Assembly (NCBI GenBank): GCA_050259275.1
Contig: JBLNAI010000011.1
Span: forward strand, 1,151 to 65,150
Origin: Acidobacteriota bacterium
Lineage (GTDB): Bacteria; Pseudomonadota; Gammaproteobacteria; Burkholderiales; Burkholderiaceae_C
DNA: 64,000 nucleotides
Direction of reading: 5' to 3'
Shown here: positions 24,841 through 35,757 of the stretch, piece after piece
Layout of the letters: every line of letters begins with the position of its first letter
Position numbering within the stretch: the stretch's first letter is position 1
Program-made: the position numbers and the translations under genes
Notes under the pieces: generated by a model
Databases searched by the model: none
The model's input: only the letters and a program-made list of their open reading frames with translations
Told to the model about the DNA's origin: nothing

Positions 24841-26802
24841 TCAAGGCGTGGCGACGATCTTGCTGATGTAGTGGCGTCCGAGTGTGTCTTGCGCAACCAG
24901 CCAGAGATGACAGGCATCAGCTGTCGCCGGCGGACTGATCACGGCTGGCACGTCCGTGGCGTTCGTTGAAAGAGGGTAAACGGTTGCTTGCTGAATCCAC
25001 GGTGTGAGGGCACCCGTCGATGTCACCACTGAAAGCACCGACTGCATGCGCATGGTCGGGTTGGCGGCAGCCCATGCGTTCCACGTGACATGGACACCTG
25101 CCAGGACCTGTGCGCAAGTCAGAGGCGCAGTCGCTGACAAGCCGTCGGGCTTGGGGTACATCGCAGCAGCTGTGCTAGAGGGCACATCATTGGGAAGCGC
25201 CACAGTCGACAGTTTGCTATTGCCGGATATCGGCTGAGCTGACAAGGTGTAGACCGCGCCGCGGCTAGAGTCCGCCCTGCCGAACCAGCCAAGATTCGGA
25301 TACTGCAAGAAGTAGTCGCTGATCAGGTCGCCAGTCGGTGTGGCGTTCTGGCACCAGAAGTTTCCGAGGCACTTGAAGAGGGTGACGCTGAAGCCACTGG
25401 GCAGTTGCAGCGAGGTCAAGACAGCGCTCGGCCCCGCGTTGACCGCGAAATGAACGCCTTGCCACGATGCAACGGCTGTGCCAATGGCGTCCCAGCTGGC
25501 CCAGGCCGCGCCCGTCACGGACCAATCCGCCTCACGGCCATTGCCGAGTAATGTCCACCCCGTTCCGGTGCCATATGTGACGACGTTGTTGAACACGCCG
25601 TAGACCTTTCCGGATCGGTCACTGACCAGGGCCGAGACCTTGGGTTTGGCGCAACCCTTTACCGGCATGGGATCGTCCGCGCACCCCGTGAATTGGAATC
25701 TGCTGAGTTGGTAGAGAGAGGCGCCGTATCTGGCGAATTGGGTAGCCACATCAAAGGCATTGGCACCGTTGTGCATGACAAAGGCGCTTGAAAAGAAAGG
25801 CATCACGGCGATCATGGGCGCCGTGTATTGTTTGGAGATGACGTCGTTGATGCTCGCGGCCAAATTGTCCAGCGTGGCAATGTTGCTGATCAGTGTGGTG
25901 ACGCTGGTTGTGGTGTTGGTTGAATTCGTGCGCGATGAGGTGATGGCATCCGAAACTTTGCCCGCGCTGCCTAAAGCCAGTTGCGTATTGGCATTAGGCA
26001 GGTGGATGGTCACTTCTGGCGTACCAGGGGCAATGAATCGGTTGCTGATTTCCAGTTGGGGGGCGGCCGCGGCGTCTTGTCCGATCTGGATGTTCAATCC
26101 CTCCAGTACGGCGTCTAGCCCGAATTTTCTTGCGGCGAAAGAAGGATCTTGGAAGAAATCGAGTTTGGTTGAGTCCACCGGCTTGCCATCTGCACCTTTT
26201 GCATCTTTGATGTTGTTTTTGATGATTGCTTTGATCAGGTTCGACGCGCTGGTGAGTGCCGTGGTGTTACCAAGTTGGGTCCAATTGCTGGCCTGGGTAC
26301 TCGCAGACTTGAATTGGGTAGATGGATCCGAACCGAGCAACATAGCCACCACCGCCTCTGTGGCGGGATTGATATGAATGGTGATGTTGGTGGAGCCAGC
26401 TGTCACCTTCTGGACGACCGAGTGAAGGCTAACTGGTGAGCCAGTCATGTCCACCCCATTGGCTTCAATCAGCAGCGGCAGGGGGATGTTGGTAGCAGAC
26501 AGTGGGAGCTTGAAGCTGCCGTCGGACGTGTTGGTTGTCGTAGACCCTTGCAAGGCGCCTTTGGCATCGACCACGGAAACAGTCGCTCCTAGCAAAGGCG
26601 CGCCAATCGCCGCCACGCCCGATAGCGTGACCGGGCCCACCTCCATGGCAGTGGAGGTGCTACCGCCTGGCGGGTTGGAGGCGTTGCCGGCCGAGCCGCC
26701 ACTGCCGCCGCAGCCGGTCATGAAGGCCAGCAGAAACAGCGCGGCAAGCGAGGCCGTGAGGCGGGCCAACGAGCGTGGCCAATGGGTCGGGTGGGCTTTC
26801 AT
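24841..26802 (-). CDS. Large Ser/Thr/Ala-rich lipoprotein of unknown function
   Basis: Lipobox MTGC followed by a Gly/Ser linker; beta-rich N-domain GVAAIGAPLLGATVSVVD; visibly lower GC than the flanks. Confidence 0.75.
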   Translation of the reverse strand: MKAHPTHWPRSLARLTASLAALFLLAFMTGCGGSGGSAGNASNPPGGSTSTAMEVGPVTLSGVAAIGAPLLGATVSVVDAKGALQGSTTTNTSDGSFKLPLSATNIPLPLLIEANGVDMTGSPVSLHSVVQKVTAGSTNITIHINPATEAVVAMLLGSDPSTQFKSASTQASNWTQLGNTTALTSASNLIKAIIKNNIKDAKGADGKPVDSTKLDFFQDPSFAARKFGLDAVLEGLNIQIGQDAAAAPQLEISNRFIAPGTPEVTIHLPNANTQLALGSAGKVSDAITSSRTNSTNTTTSVTTLISNIATLDNLAASINDVISKQYTAPMIAVMPFFSSAFVMHNGANAFDVATQFARYGASLYQLSRFQFTGCADDPMPVKGCAKPKVSALVSDRSGKVYGVFNNVVTYGTGTGWTLLGNGREADWSVTGAAWASWDAIGTAVASWQGVHFAVNAGPSAVLTSLQLPSGFSVTLFKCLGNFWCQNATPTGDLISDYFLQYPNLGWFGRADSSRGAVYTLSAQPISGNSKLSTVALPNDVPSSTAAAMYPKPDGLSATAPLTCAQVLAGVHVTWNAWAAANPTMRMQSVLSVVTSTGALTPWIQQATVYPLSTNATDVPAVISPPATADACHLWLVAQDTLGRHYISKIVATP

Positions 26803-26982
26803 GGATGCGGCCTCTACGGAGAAGGGGCTCACCGAAACAGGTGTGCGCTCCATCATTGTTGGATGTACGCGCCGATGCGAAAGCCGGAAATGCGGACGTG
26901 ATCGTGGCTTATTGGCTCAATCATCCGTGCCAATGCAAACGGGGCCCTGAGGCCCCGTCGTGAAGGTGCAGCCCAAGCCCGT

Positions 26983-28197
26983 TCAGTCGAGCTGACTGGC
27001 TGCCTTCAAGGCCCGCAGGATCGCGCCATTGATGTCCGAGAAGCTCATCATCATGTGGTCGGCGGCTTCCTTGATGTCATACATGGTGCTGCCTTCGACA
27101 GCCTTGACGAGATTGAAATAGGGCTCGTAGGGGCCGGTGTGATCGGCCAGCGCCTGGTAGACGCGCTCAGGTACGGGGATGGTCTTGAGCAGGGCGCTGA
27201 AGGGCTGCCGGAACATGCGGTCGAGCAAGGAGAAGACGCCGCAGATGAACAGTTCGCTGCGCTGTTCGTCGTCGCCGCTGAGCTTGCCCAACTCTTCCAT
27301 CAACAGGCCACGGCGCACGGCGGCAAACATCACCGGGCGCATGTTCGGGTCCTTGGATGCGGTTGCCAGCAGCAAGGCCAGCCAACGCTTGAGGCGTTGG
27401 TAGCCCAGGATCATGATGGCGTGGCGGAACGAGTTGATCTCGACCGACAGGCCAAAGGCCGGTGAATTGATGTAGCGCATCAGCTTGTATGCCAGAGCCG
27501 GATCGCGCTTGAGGGTGTTTTCAAGGTCTTCGATCTCGGCTTCTTTGTGCACCTGGTCGATGAGGTGCACGATCACCTGCAAGGCAGGCTGATCAGCCGG
27601 GCGCGACGATTCGTCGATGATGTTGTCGATGGGCCAGCCCAGCACGGCGGCGGCACCGCGGCGGAAGCTGGTTTCCATGTCCGCCACATTGGTGATGCCG
27701 GCCTGCACATGTCCGATGTTGCGAATGAAGCCTTCGCCCGCTGCGCCGGCTGCCGACGGGGTGCTGGTGGCCGGGTCGTAGCGTCGGTCGTCCTCGAAAT
27801 CGATGATGGCGTACTTGAAGCAGTCCAGCACTTCGCGAGGCAGCTCCTGCAAAGGCCGCCCCTTGAGCAGCAGGGTGCTGCCGTTGGCGTGCAAGGTGCA
27901 AAGCGGGTCGACAAAGCTGGGATCGCCCGCCATGAAGGCCGGCAGTTCAATGAGGATGTGCGTGCCCGGCTGGGCGTCCAGCATGTCGCGCAGCAGCGTT
28001 TCGCTGACGATGTTCATCCACAGCTGGCCGCCGTCAGCGGGCCAGGTTTCGCTGATCGCCGCCAGCAGGTCATTGGGCGCCAGCGCGGCCGTTTGCGACA
28101 GCGGAAAGACGCTCAACCGGGTGGCCGTCACATTGCGGTTGCGGTCGATGACGGGCGAGTAGGCGAGTGCGAGTTGACCGAGGATGGGGTGGTCCAT
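26983..28197 (-). CDS. EAL(degenerate)-HDOD signal transduction protein
   Basis: HDOD motifs LKRDPALAYKLMRYINS, LGYQRLKRWLALL, FICGVFSLLD; located downstream of flgL. Confidence 0.88.
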   Translation of the reverse strand: MDHPILGQLALAYSPVIDRNRNVTATRLSVFPLSQTAALAPNDLLAAISETWPADGGQLWMNIVSETLLRDMLDAQPGTHILIELPAFMAGDPSFVDPLCTLHANGSTLLLKGRPLQELPREVLDCFKYAIIDFEDDRRYDPATSTPSAAGAAGEGFIRNIGHVQAGITNVADMETSFRRGAAAVLGWPIDNIIDESSRPADQPALQVIVHLIDQVHKEAEIEDLENTLKRDPALAYKLMRYINSPAFGLSVEINSFRHAIMILGYQRLKRWLALLLATASKDPNMRPVMFAAVRRGLLMEELGKLSGDDEQRSELFICGVFSLLDRMFRQPFSALLKTIPVPERVYQALADHTGPYEPYFNLVKAVEGSTMYDIKEAADHMMMSFSDINGAILRALKAASQLD

Positions 28198-28212
28198 TGG
28201 GCAGCCTGATTT

Positions 28213-29412
28213 TTAAGAGTTGAGATACTGGAACAGGGACATCTTCTGCACCATCGAATAACTTTGCAAGGCCGCCTGGTAGCCTGACTGCTTGGCCTGG
28301 AAATCGGAGATGGCGGTCGTCATGTCGAGGTCTTCGGCATTGGAGCGCTCGGTTTGAGCGGCCAGCTTGGTGGCGCTGTTGCGGCTTTCGGCGCCGTCCA
28401 TGCGGTTCAGTGTTTCGCCCACGGCAGATCGTGCACCCTGCATGGTGCTCAGCACGCTGTCCATGTCGCTGATGCCGCGGTTGACCGCCTGGGTGATCTG
28501 CCCGTTATTGAGCGTGCCGTTGTTGAGCGCCTGGATGGCCTGGTCCAGCGAGTCAAAGACGCTGAGCGCCTTTTGCGAGGGGTTGATCGTGAACTGGTCG
28601 GTGTCAGCCGGCGCACCCTTGATGGTGAAGGACATGCCGTCGACCGTGATGGCCTGGCCGTCCTTGTAAGGCGTGGCGGCCCCACCGTTGATGGTGTAGG
28701 TCGTCACCCCACCGCTGACCTGGAAGTCGATCTGGTAAGGCGACGACGAGGTCCCCGTGAGGTAGGGGTTGGTGTAGGGGTCCGACACCGAGCCTGCCGT
28801 GATCCAGGCCGAACCGGTGTTGGTCGAACTGGCGCCGGTGACGAACACGCCATTGCCCTGAGAGGCCTTGAGCCACACGTTCTGACCGTCGACGGTCATG
28901 TTCATGCTTTCGCCTGACGCAGCGCGGGCTTCGCCACCTTGTCCGACAAACTTCACCCCGCCGGGGGCGTCGACAAATGGCGGCGTGGCCGAGCCCTGGC
29001 CGCCGAATACGAAGCCGCCGCCGCCATCGGCACGGTTGGCCACGGTGAGCAACTGGGTGCGAATCTCTTGCAGCTTCTTGGCCACGCTCTTGCGTTCGCC
29101 GGCGGTGTAGCTGGCGTTGCCGGCCGCGACCATCGACTCCCGGGCCTGTTGCAGCAGGTCGACCGCATCGCCCATCGATGACTCGGCGATCTGCATCACG
29201 TTGCGGCTGGCGTCGAGCGCGCGTTGATTGGCATCGGCCCGGCCAATCGTGGCCAGGGCGCGCTCGGCGCGGGCGGCGGCAATCGGGTCGTCGCTGGGGA
29301 CGCCGATCTTCTTGCCGCTGGTCAACTGACTTTGCGACGTCGCCAGGTCCGTCTGCCGCTTTTGCAGCGACTCGATGGCCAGGTCATAGGTGTGGGCCGT
29401 ACTGACTCGCAT
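28213..29412 (-). CDS. flgL: Flagellar hook-associated protein 3
   Basis: MRVST, SGKKIGVPSDDP, C-terminal SLFQYL; operon position. Confidence 0.95.
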   Translation of the reverse strand: MRVSTAHTYDLAIESLQKRQTDLATSQSQLTSGKKIGVPSDDPIAAARAERALATIGRADANQRALDASRNVMQIAESSMGDAVDLLQQARESMVAAGNASYTAGERKSVAKKLQEIRTQLLTVANRADGGGGFVFGGQGSATPPFVDAPGGVKFVGQGGEARAASGESMNMTVDGQNVWLKASQGNGVFVTGASSTNTGSAWITAGSVSDPYTNPYLTGTSSSPYQIDFQVSGGVTTYTINGGAATPYKDGQAITVDGMSFTIKGAPADTDQFTINPSQKALSVFDSLDQAIQALNNGTLNNGQITQAVNRGISDMDSVLSTMQGARSAVGETLNRMDGAESRNSATKLAAQTERSNAEDLDMTTAISDFQAKQSGYQAALQSYSMVQKMSLFQYLNS

Positions 29413-29423
29413 GGTCTGACTCC

Positions 29424-31391
29424 TTAATTACCGAGGATGCCCAACAGCGTGGTGAACACCGATTGAGCGACCTGCAACACCTTGGCCGCCGCCTGGTAGT
29501 TCTGCTGGTACTGGATCATCTTGGCGGCCTCTTCGTCCAGGTTGACGCCGGTCCTGTTCTGCAACAGGGTCTGCGAGTCGCTGGACAACTTGCTCGAAAT
29601 GTCGGCCGAGGTGGTGGCGCTTTGCACCGTGACACCGACGTTGCCGATCAGTTGAGAGTAGGCGGTGGTGATGCTGGCGCCGGGGTTGACCACGTCGTCA
29701 GCGGGGTTCAACGGGTCGTTGACATTGCGCTGGCGGCCGACGATGTCTTCGTCGCGGATGCCCAGCATGGTCAAGGCATTGCCGTTGTTGCTGCCCGGGT
29801 ATTGGGTGGCGCTGACTTGCAACTGATCGTCCTTGGCAGGGACGCCGTTGAGGCTCAATTGCCAGCCGTTGTACGAAATGGGCGTGCCGGCCTGCCACGT
29901 GCCGGTGATGGAGACCCCCGCAGAGGCGTCAGTGAGGGTGTAGCCCCCCACGTTGTCGGTGAACTGGATCTGCACGTCGCCGTAAGGCGTGGTGGTGGCC
30001 TGGGCCACGACCGACAAGCTGCCCACGGTGGCGGTGCCCTTGTTGGCGGGGTTGACCGTGCCGGTGACCGGCGACGCAGCGGCAATGCCCGAAGGCTTGT
30101 CCAGCGTGCGCGTCATGCTGATCCCTGCATTGCCCACGGGGCGCAAGATGAACTGGTCGCCAGTCGGAATGGCGCCCGAGATGGCGATGTGCAGCCCGTC
30201 CAGCTCGGTGCCGTCGACCACGTTGCTGTAGACGGTGTTGTCGCTCAGCCGGGTCACGCGATAGGCACCCGGGTTGGCGGGATCGGCTTCCATCAGGTAG
30301 TCGCTGGCCTGCAACTCACGACCGTCGGTCACGGTCAGGCTGACGGGGGGCGTGGTGAGAGACGAGGCGTTGAATCGCGAAGGCAGCACGGCAGGCGGGC
30401 CTACGCTGAAGATGTTGGCGCCAGGCGAGGCCGGAGAGCCCAGGTCCAGCCCGAAAGACTGTTGCTGGTTCACGCGCCAGCTCAGCGCAGCGGCCATTTG
30501 CCCCAGCTGGTTGCGGGCATTGGGGATGTCCTGATCCTGCGTCTGCAGCAGACCTTTGAGCGACCCACCGGTGATCACGCTGGGGTCCAGTCGGGCGTTG
30601 CCACTGGGCGTGGTCATGGCCAGACGCCCGCTGTTGGCGTCAAAGTTGTCCACTTCCACGGTCAGCTTCTCGGCCTGGTTGCCCAAAACCAGGCGCTGGC
30701 CACCGCCCATGAACACGCTCATCGTGCCGTCTTCCGACGCGACGGTGGAGACCTGTACTTTCGTGTTGAGCTGCTTGATCAGCTCATCGCGTGTGTCCAG
30801 CAGGTCATTGGGCGCGTGACCGGCGCCCTGGGTCAGCGCGATCTTCTGGTTGATGTCGGCGATCTGGCGGGCAAAGTCGTTGATCTGGCTGACCGTGGTC
30901 TTGAGGTCCGACATCACGCCCGATTGCAGTTGTGCAATCTGGTTGCCCGCGCTCTGCACCCGGCTGGCCAGATCCTGGGCACGCGCCAGCGCCACCTGAC
31001 GGGCTGACAGGTCCTGCGGCTGATTGGCCACGTCGACAAAGGCATTGAGCATCTGGCTGGCGGAATAGCCGATGCCGGCCTCGCCGGTCTGAAAGATCTT
31101 CTCGAGTTGCTTGAGCTTGTCCAGACGCGTCTGGTCGGATGAGGATGCGGCCAGGTTGACGTTGGCCTCGCGGGTCAGGAACTGGTCGCTGGAGCGGGTG
31201 ACGTCCTGAATGCGCACGCCACGGCCAAAGAAACCTGCGCCTGAGAACTGGCCGCCCTCGGTGGCCAGCTCGACGCTTTGACGGGAATAGCCCTCGGTGT
31301 TGGCGTTGCTGATGTTGTGGCTGACGGTCTGCAGCATCGCCGTATTGGCCAGCATGGCCCGGGTGCTCAGTGCAAGAATGTTTGATCCCAT
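29424..31391 (-). CDS. flgK: Flagellar hook-associated protein 1
   Basis: HNISNANTEGYSRQ; GVNLDEEAA..YQQNYQAAAKV. Confidence 0.96.
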   Translation of the reverse strand: MGSNILALSTRAMLANTAMLQTVSHNISNANTEGYSRQSVELATEGGQFSGAGFFGRGVRIQDVTRSSDQFLTREANVNLAASSSDQTRLDKLKQLEKIFQTGEAGIGYSASQMLNAFVDVANQPQDLSARQVALARAQDLASRVQSAGNQIAQLQSGVMSDLKTTVSQINDFARQIADINQKIALTQGAGHAPNDLLDTRDELIKQLNTKVQVSTVASEDGTMSVFMGGGQRLVLGNQAEKLTVEVDNFDANSGRLAMTTPSGNARLDPSVITGGSLKGLLQTQDQDIPNARNQLGQMAAALSWRVNQQQSFGLDLGSPASPGANIFSVGPPAVLPSRFNASSLTTPPVSLTVTDGRELQASDYLMEADPANPGAYRVTRLSDNTVYSNVVDGTELDGLHIAISGAIPTGDQFILRPVGNAGISMTRTLDKPSGIAAASPVTGTVNPANKGTATVGSLSVVAQATTTPYGDVQIQFTDNVGGYTLTDASAGVSITGTWQAGTPISYNGWQLSLNGVPAKDDQLQVSATQYPGSNNGNALTMLGIRDEDIVGRQRNVNDPLNPADDVVNPGASITTAYSQLIGNVGVTVQSATTSADISSKLSSDSQTLLQNRTGVNLDEEAAKMIQYQQNYQAAAKVLQVAQSVFTTLLGILGN

Positions 31392-31411
31392 GGGGTACTC
31401 CGATCAGCCAT

Positions 31412-32317
31412 TCAAGTGATGGACCGTTGCAGCCGCAACGTCGTGTTGATCGTCTTGGTCAACTTGTCCGCGTAGGCGGGGTCTGTGGCGTAGCCCGCCT
31501 TTTGCAGCCCCTTGGCATAGTCCTTCACCGAATCGGCCATCGCAACGGTCTGACTGTAGCGCGGGCTCTGGCTCAGCAGGCGGGCGTGGTCGGTGAAGGC
31601 TTCTGCATACGAGTCATAGGCGCGGAATTTGGCCGTGACTTTTTTGGCAACCCCGTTGAAGTATTCGGTGGTTGTCACTTCTGCCACTTTGCCCTTCCAG
31701 TCTGCCCCGGCTTTGATGCCGAACAGGTTGTGGCTGGATGTGCCGTCCTTCATCTTGATTTCATGCTTGCCCCAGCCTGATTCCAGGGCCGCTTGACCAA
31801 TGATGTTGGATGCGGGGATGCCGGTGGCGCGCTCGGCGGCCTGAGCCGCCCATTGGTGCTTGCGCACAAAGCGCTCGGACGGCGACAGGTTCTTGTCGTC
31901 GAACTGCACCTGCGTGTTGGCATTCACGTCAGAGGGGGTTGATTTCAGCGAGGGCAGGGTGACCGATGAAGTGAAGCTGTTGCTACCCGATTGCGCGCCT
32001 GTTGGCGAAGCCACGCCCATCTGCCGTTCCAGCTGCTTGGCGATCTTGTCAGCCAGACCGCCCGGAATGCCGGCCATCTGATTGGCGAACTGGGTGTCCA
32101 GCATGCTGGTGCCCATCTCGGTGGCCTGGTTGTCCAGCATGCCGGTGCTCATGGTCGACGCACGCATGCTCTTCATCAGCTCTTGCATGAACAGGCCTTC
32201 GAGCTGCTTGGCAGCCTCTTTGATGCCTGCCTTGGGATCCGTGCCCGATGAGGACTTCAAGCGGTCCAGTGACCGCAAGTCCATGCTCAGGTTGTTGCTT
32301 GTTTGTGAGAGTCCCAT
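31412..32317 (-). CDS. flgJ: Flagellar rod assembly protein/muramidase
   Basis: AAKQLEGLFMQELMKSMR; QAALESGWG, NLFGIKA, GYATDP. Confidence 0.96.
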   Translation of the reverse strand: MGLSQTSNNLSMDLRSLDRLKSSSGTDPKAGIKEAAKQLEGLFMQELMKSMRASTMSTGMLDNQATEMGTSMLDTQFANQMAGIPGGLADKIAKQLERQMGVASPTGAQSGSNSFTSSVTLPSLKSTPSDVNANTQVQFDDKNLSPSERFVRKHQWAAQAAERATGIPASNIIGQAALESGWGKHEIKMKDGTSSHNLFGIKAGADWKGKVAEVTTTEYFNGVAKKVTAKFRAYDSYAEAFTDHARLLSQSPRYSQTVAMADSVKDYAKGLQKAGYATDPAYADKLTKTINTTLRLQRSIT

Positions 32318-33447
32318 CAGATCACCTCTAACTCAGCCTCGAGTGCGCCAGCGGCCTTCATGGCCTGCAAGATGGCCAGCAGATCTTGCGGGTTGGCGCC
32401 CAGCGTGTTGAGGGCCTTGACCACGTCGGTGAGCTTGGTGCCCGCTGGCAGCTGGATCAAGGAGCCGGGTTCCTGGTTGATGCGGATGTCGGTCTTCTCG
32501 GTGGCCACGGTCTGCCCTTGCGACAAGGGGTTGGGCTGGCTGATGACCGGGGTGGAGCTGATGGTCACCGACAGGTTGCCATGGGCGACCGCGCAGGGGC
32601 CGATGGCCACGGCCTGGTTGACCACGATCGAGCCCGTGCGGGCGTTGATGATGACCTTGGCAGCGGGTACGGCGCGGTCGATGGGCAGGTTTTCCAGATC
32701 GGCCATGAAGGCCACCCGTTCACCGGGCTGAACCGGCAAGCGGACGGAAATCGTGCGGCCATTGAGCGCCTCGGCCACACCGGCGCCCTTGGCCTTGTTG
32801 ATGGTGTCGGCCACCTCGCGTGCGGTGTTGAAGTCGTCAGACTGCAAGTCCAACTGAGCGACGGCGTTTTGCAACCAGGGAGTGGGCACGCCACGCTCAA
32901 CCGTTGCACCGCTGGGGATGCGGCCCGCACTGAGGTGATTGATCTGGACCTTGGCGCCGCCAGCAGATGCGCCCGCGCCGCCCACGATCAGGTTGCCTTG
33001 CGCCATGGCGTAAATCTGGCCGTCCATGCCCTTCAGCGGCGTGGCGATCAGCGTGCCGCCGCGCAGGGACTTGGCGTTGGCCAGTGACGAGACATTGACA
33101 TCCAGCGCCTGGCCGGGTTGCGCGAAAGGGGGCAGGCTGGCAGTCACCAGCACGGCCGCGACGTTCTTGAGCTGCATGGCTGCGCCGTTGGGCACGGTGA
33201 TGCCCAGCTGCTGCAGCATGGCGTTCAGGCTTTGCGCGGTAAAGGGGGCCGACGTGGTCTGGTCGCCCGTGCCATCCAGGCCCACGACCAAGCCATAGCC
33301 CATCAACTGGTTGGAGCGCACGCCCTGGACGGCGGCTATTTCCTTGAGGCGGACGGCCTTGGCTTCAACCGGCCACCACAAGGCTGCCGATGCGGCCAGG
33401 AAGGCCATGGCGATGAGCCATTTGAGGATGCGATCGGAGGTGTTCAT
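32317..33447 (-). CDS. flgI: Flagellar P-ring protein
   Basis: GVRSNQLMGYGLVVGLDGTGD; KAAGALEAEL. Confidence 0.97.
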   Translation of the reverse strand: MNTSDRILKWLIAMAFLAASAALWWPVEAKAVRLKEIAAVQGVRSNQLMGYGLVVGLDGTGDQTTSAPFTAQSLNAMLQQLGITVPNGAAMQLKNVAAVLVTASLPPFAQPGQALDVNVSSLANAKSLRGGTLIATPLKGMDGQIYAMAQGNLIVGGAGASAGGAKVQINHLSAGRIPSGATVERGVPTPWLQNAVAQLDLQSDDFNTAREVADTINKAKGAGVAEALNGRTISVRLPVQPGERVAFMADLENLPIDRAVPAAKVIINARTGSIVVNQAVAIGPCAVAHGNLSVTISSTPVISQPNPLSQGQTVATEKTDIRINQEPGSLIQLPAGTKLTDVVKALNTLGANPQDLLAILQAMKAAGALEAELEVI

Positions 33448-33489
33448 GGGGCCGACTCTCTTGAGGGTTCGGTCCCATTTTGGGCAACT

Positions 33490-34173
33490 TTAGAGCGGGA
33501 GAATGTTCAAAAAGAAGCGTGCTAGCCAGCCTATTCCTTGCGCATCAGACTGGGCGCCGCGTCCCTTTTGCTCGATCCGCACGTTGGCGATCTGGGTGGA
33601 CGCCACCGTGTTGCCCGGCTGGATGGTGGCCGGGTCGATCTGGCCTGAGAACTTCAGGATGTCGACGTTCTTGGCGACGCCGATCTGTTTCTCGCCCGAG
33701 ATGATCAGGTGGCCGTTGGGCAGCACTTCGACCACCGTGCAAGTGATGATGCCCGAGAAGTTGTTGCTGCTCTCGGTGCTGCCTTTGCCATCGAAGGTGT
33801 TGGCCGACTTGCCATTGACATCGAGCTTGCCCAACTGGTCGGCTCGGATCAGCGGCGCCGCCGCGATGGAGCCGGTCACGCTGCCGGATTTTTCAATTTT
33901 GCTGGTGGTCTCTTGCTTGGCAGAGATCTTCTCGTCGATCGTCACGGTCACGATGTCGCCCACCATGCGCGCACGGTAGGTTTCGTACAGCGGGCGGTAG
34001 CTGGCCGCCTGAAAGATGGCGCCATTGTTGGCCGCGACATAGCGCGAGGCCTCGGGGCGGGCCTGAGTGGGCTCGACCACGTCGACGGTGGGAGCGGTTG
34101 CCAGGCATCCGCTCAAAGCCAGCGCGGTCAGCGCCGCGGCCGCCAGGCGACCAGACGAGAAGCGGGTCATCAC
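33490..34173 (-). CDS. flgH: Flagellar L-ring lipoprotein
   Basis: Lipobox LSGC; [22 protein letters not shown]. Confidence 0.96.
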   Translation of the reverse strand: MMTRFSSGRLAAAALTALALSGCLATAPTVDVVEPTQARPEASRYVAANNGAIFQAASYRPLYETYRARMVGDIVTVTIDEKISAKQETTSKIEKSGSVTGSIAAAPLIRADQLGKLDVNGKSANTFDGKGSTESSNNFSGIITCTVVEVLPNGHLIISGEKQIGVAKNVDILKFSGQIDPATIQPGNTVASTQIANVRIEQKGRGAQSDAQGIGWLARFFLNILPL

Positions 34174-34952
34174 AGTTGTCCCAGACGTTGCAGCATCTGA
34201 TCCGAGGTCTGGATCGCCTTGGAGTTGAGCTCGTAGGCACGCTGGGTCTGGATCATCGACACCAGCTCTTCCACCACGTTCACGTTGGACGTCTCCACAA
34301 AACCCTGCGACAGGGTGCCCAGGCTGTTGGTGCCGGGATTGGCCGCCTGAGGGGTGCCCGACGATGCCGTCTCCGCAAAGATGTTCTGGCCTTTGGGGTC
34401 CAGACCGGCCGGGTTGATGAAGCTGGCCAACTGGATCTGGCCCAGATTCTGTGGGGTGGTCTGACCGGGCAGCAGCGCCGTCACGGTGCCGTCGTTGCCA
34501 ATGGTCAGGCTGGTGGCATTGGCCGGCACGGTGATGCCGGGCTGCACCAGGTAGCCGTTGTTGGTGACGATCTGGCCCTGGTTGTCCAGCTTGAACGAGC
34601 CATCGCGGGTGTAGCCGGTGGTGCCATCGGGCATCTGGATCTGGAAGAAGCCGTTGCCGTTGACGGCCACGTCCAGGTTGTTGCTGCTCGACTGCAGATT
34701 GCCCTGCGTGAACAGGCGCGAGGTGGCCACCGGACGCACGCCCAGGCCCACTTGCAAGCCAGTGGGGAGCTGCGTCTGCTCGGAGCTGTTGGCGCCGCTT
34801 TGACGCAGGTTCTGGTACATCAGGTCTTCAAAGACCGCGTGTGAGCGCTTGTACCCGTTCGTGCCGCTGTTGGCCAGGTTGTTGGAAATGTGGTCCAGCT
34901 GGGTTTGCTGGGCTTCCATGCCGGATTTCGAGATCCACAGTGAACGCATCAT
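34170..34952 (-). CDS. flgG: Flagellar distal rod protein
   Basis: [14 protein letters not shown]; [21 protein letters not shown]. Confidence 0.97.
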   Translation of the reverse strand: MMRSLWISKSGMEAQQTQLDHISNNLANSGTNGYKRSHAVFEDLMYQNLRQSGANSSEQTQLPTGLQVGLGVRPVATSRLFTQGNLQSSSNNLDVAVNGNGFFQIQMPDGTTGYTRDGSFKLDNQGQIVTNNGYLVQPGITVPANATSLTIGNDGTVTALLPGQTTPQNLGQIQLASFINPAGLDPKGQNIFAETASSGTPQAANPGTNSLGTLSQGFVETSNVNVVEELVSMIQTQRAYELNSKAIQTSDQMLQRLGQL

Positions 34953-34985
34953 GGCCGTTCTCCTTTGACTACAGGGCTAAATCGA

Positions 34986-35720
34986 TCAACCACCGCTGCT
35001 GGACAGCAGTTGGGTCGCCGCCTTCTCATCCGCCTCGGCGGTTTGAAGCAGCTTCATCTGGGTTTCGAACTGGCGGGCGGCAGAAATCATCGCCACCATG
35101 TTCTCAATGGGATTGACGTTCGATCCTTCGAGCGAACGGTCTTGCAGACGCGCGGTGGGGTCGGCTGGCAAGTCGGCACCGTCGCCGCTGCGAAACAGGC
35201 CATCTTCTCCACGAACCAGCTTCTCCTGGGGCGTCACCATCTTGAGCTTGCCCACGGTGGTGCTCTTGCCGTTGGCCTGTTTGGCACTCACCGTGCCATC
35301 GGGCGCAATGCTGGGCTCGGTGTTGGCGGGCAGGGTGATGGGGCCGCCGTCGCCCAGCACAGTCAAACCGTTCTGGGTGACCAGCGTGCCTTCCGGGTTG
35401 ACGGCCAGCGAGCCGAAACGGGTGTAGGCCTCGGTGCCATCCAGACCTTGCACGCCCATCCAGGCTTTGCCCTGCATGGCCACGTCCAGCGACCGGCCCG
35501 TGAAGTTGATCGGGCCACTGGCATCGTCGTAGCCCACGGTCGTTTCCAGCGCATAGACGCGGGTGCTGGCCCCATCGCCTCGTACCGGCACGGCACGCAC
35601 GGCCTGCAACTCGGCCCGAAAGCCGGTGGTGCTGGCATTGGCCAGATTGTGCGCCAGCACATCCTGACGTTGCATATTGGTCTTGGCGCCAGCCATGCCC
35701 AGGTAGATCATGCGGTCCAT
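34986..35720 (-). CDS. flgF: Flagellar proximal rod protein
   Basis: AHNLANASTTGFRA; LEGSNVNP; RQFETQMK. Confidence 0.96.
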   Translation of the reverse strand: MDRMIYLGMAGAKTNMQRQDVLAHNLANASTTGFRAELQAVRAVPVRGDGASTRVYALETTVGYDDASGPINFTGRSLDVAMQGKAWMGVQGLDGTEAYTRFGSLAVNPEGTLVTQNGLTVLGDGGPITLPANTEPSIAPDGTVSAKQANGKSTTVGKLKMVTPQEKLVRGEDGLFRSGDGADLPADPTARLQDRSLEGSNVNPIENMVAMISAARQFETQMKLLQTAEADEKAATQLLSSSGG

Positions 35721-35757
35721 ATTCGACTCCTAGTTGCCGAGGGATCAGGGCACTTCA

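Noticed and set aside
26939-26958. GC palindrome ACGGGGCC-CTGA-GGCCCCGT as a REP/MITE element
   Set aside because: Only a partial second match (around 40477) was seen; it is more likely a simple hairpin downstream of the HDOD gene.
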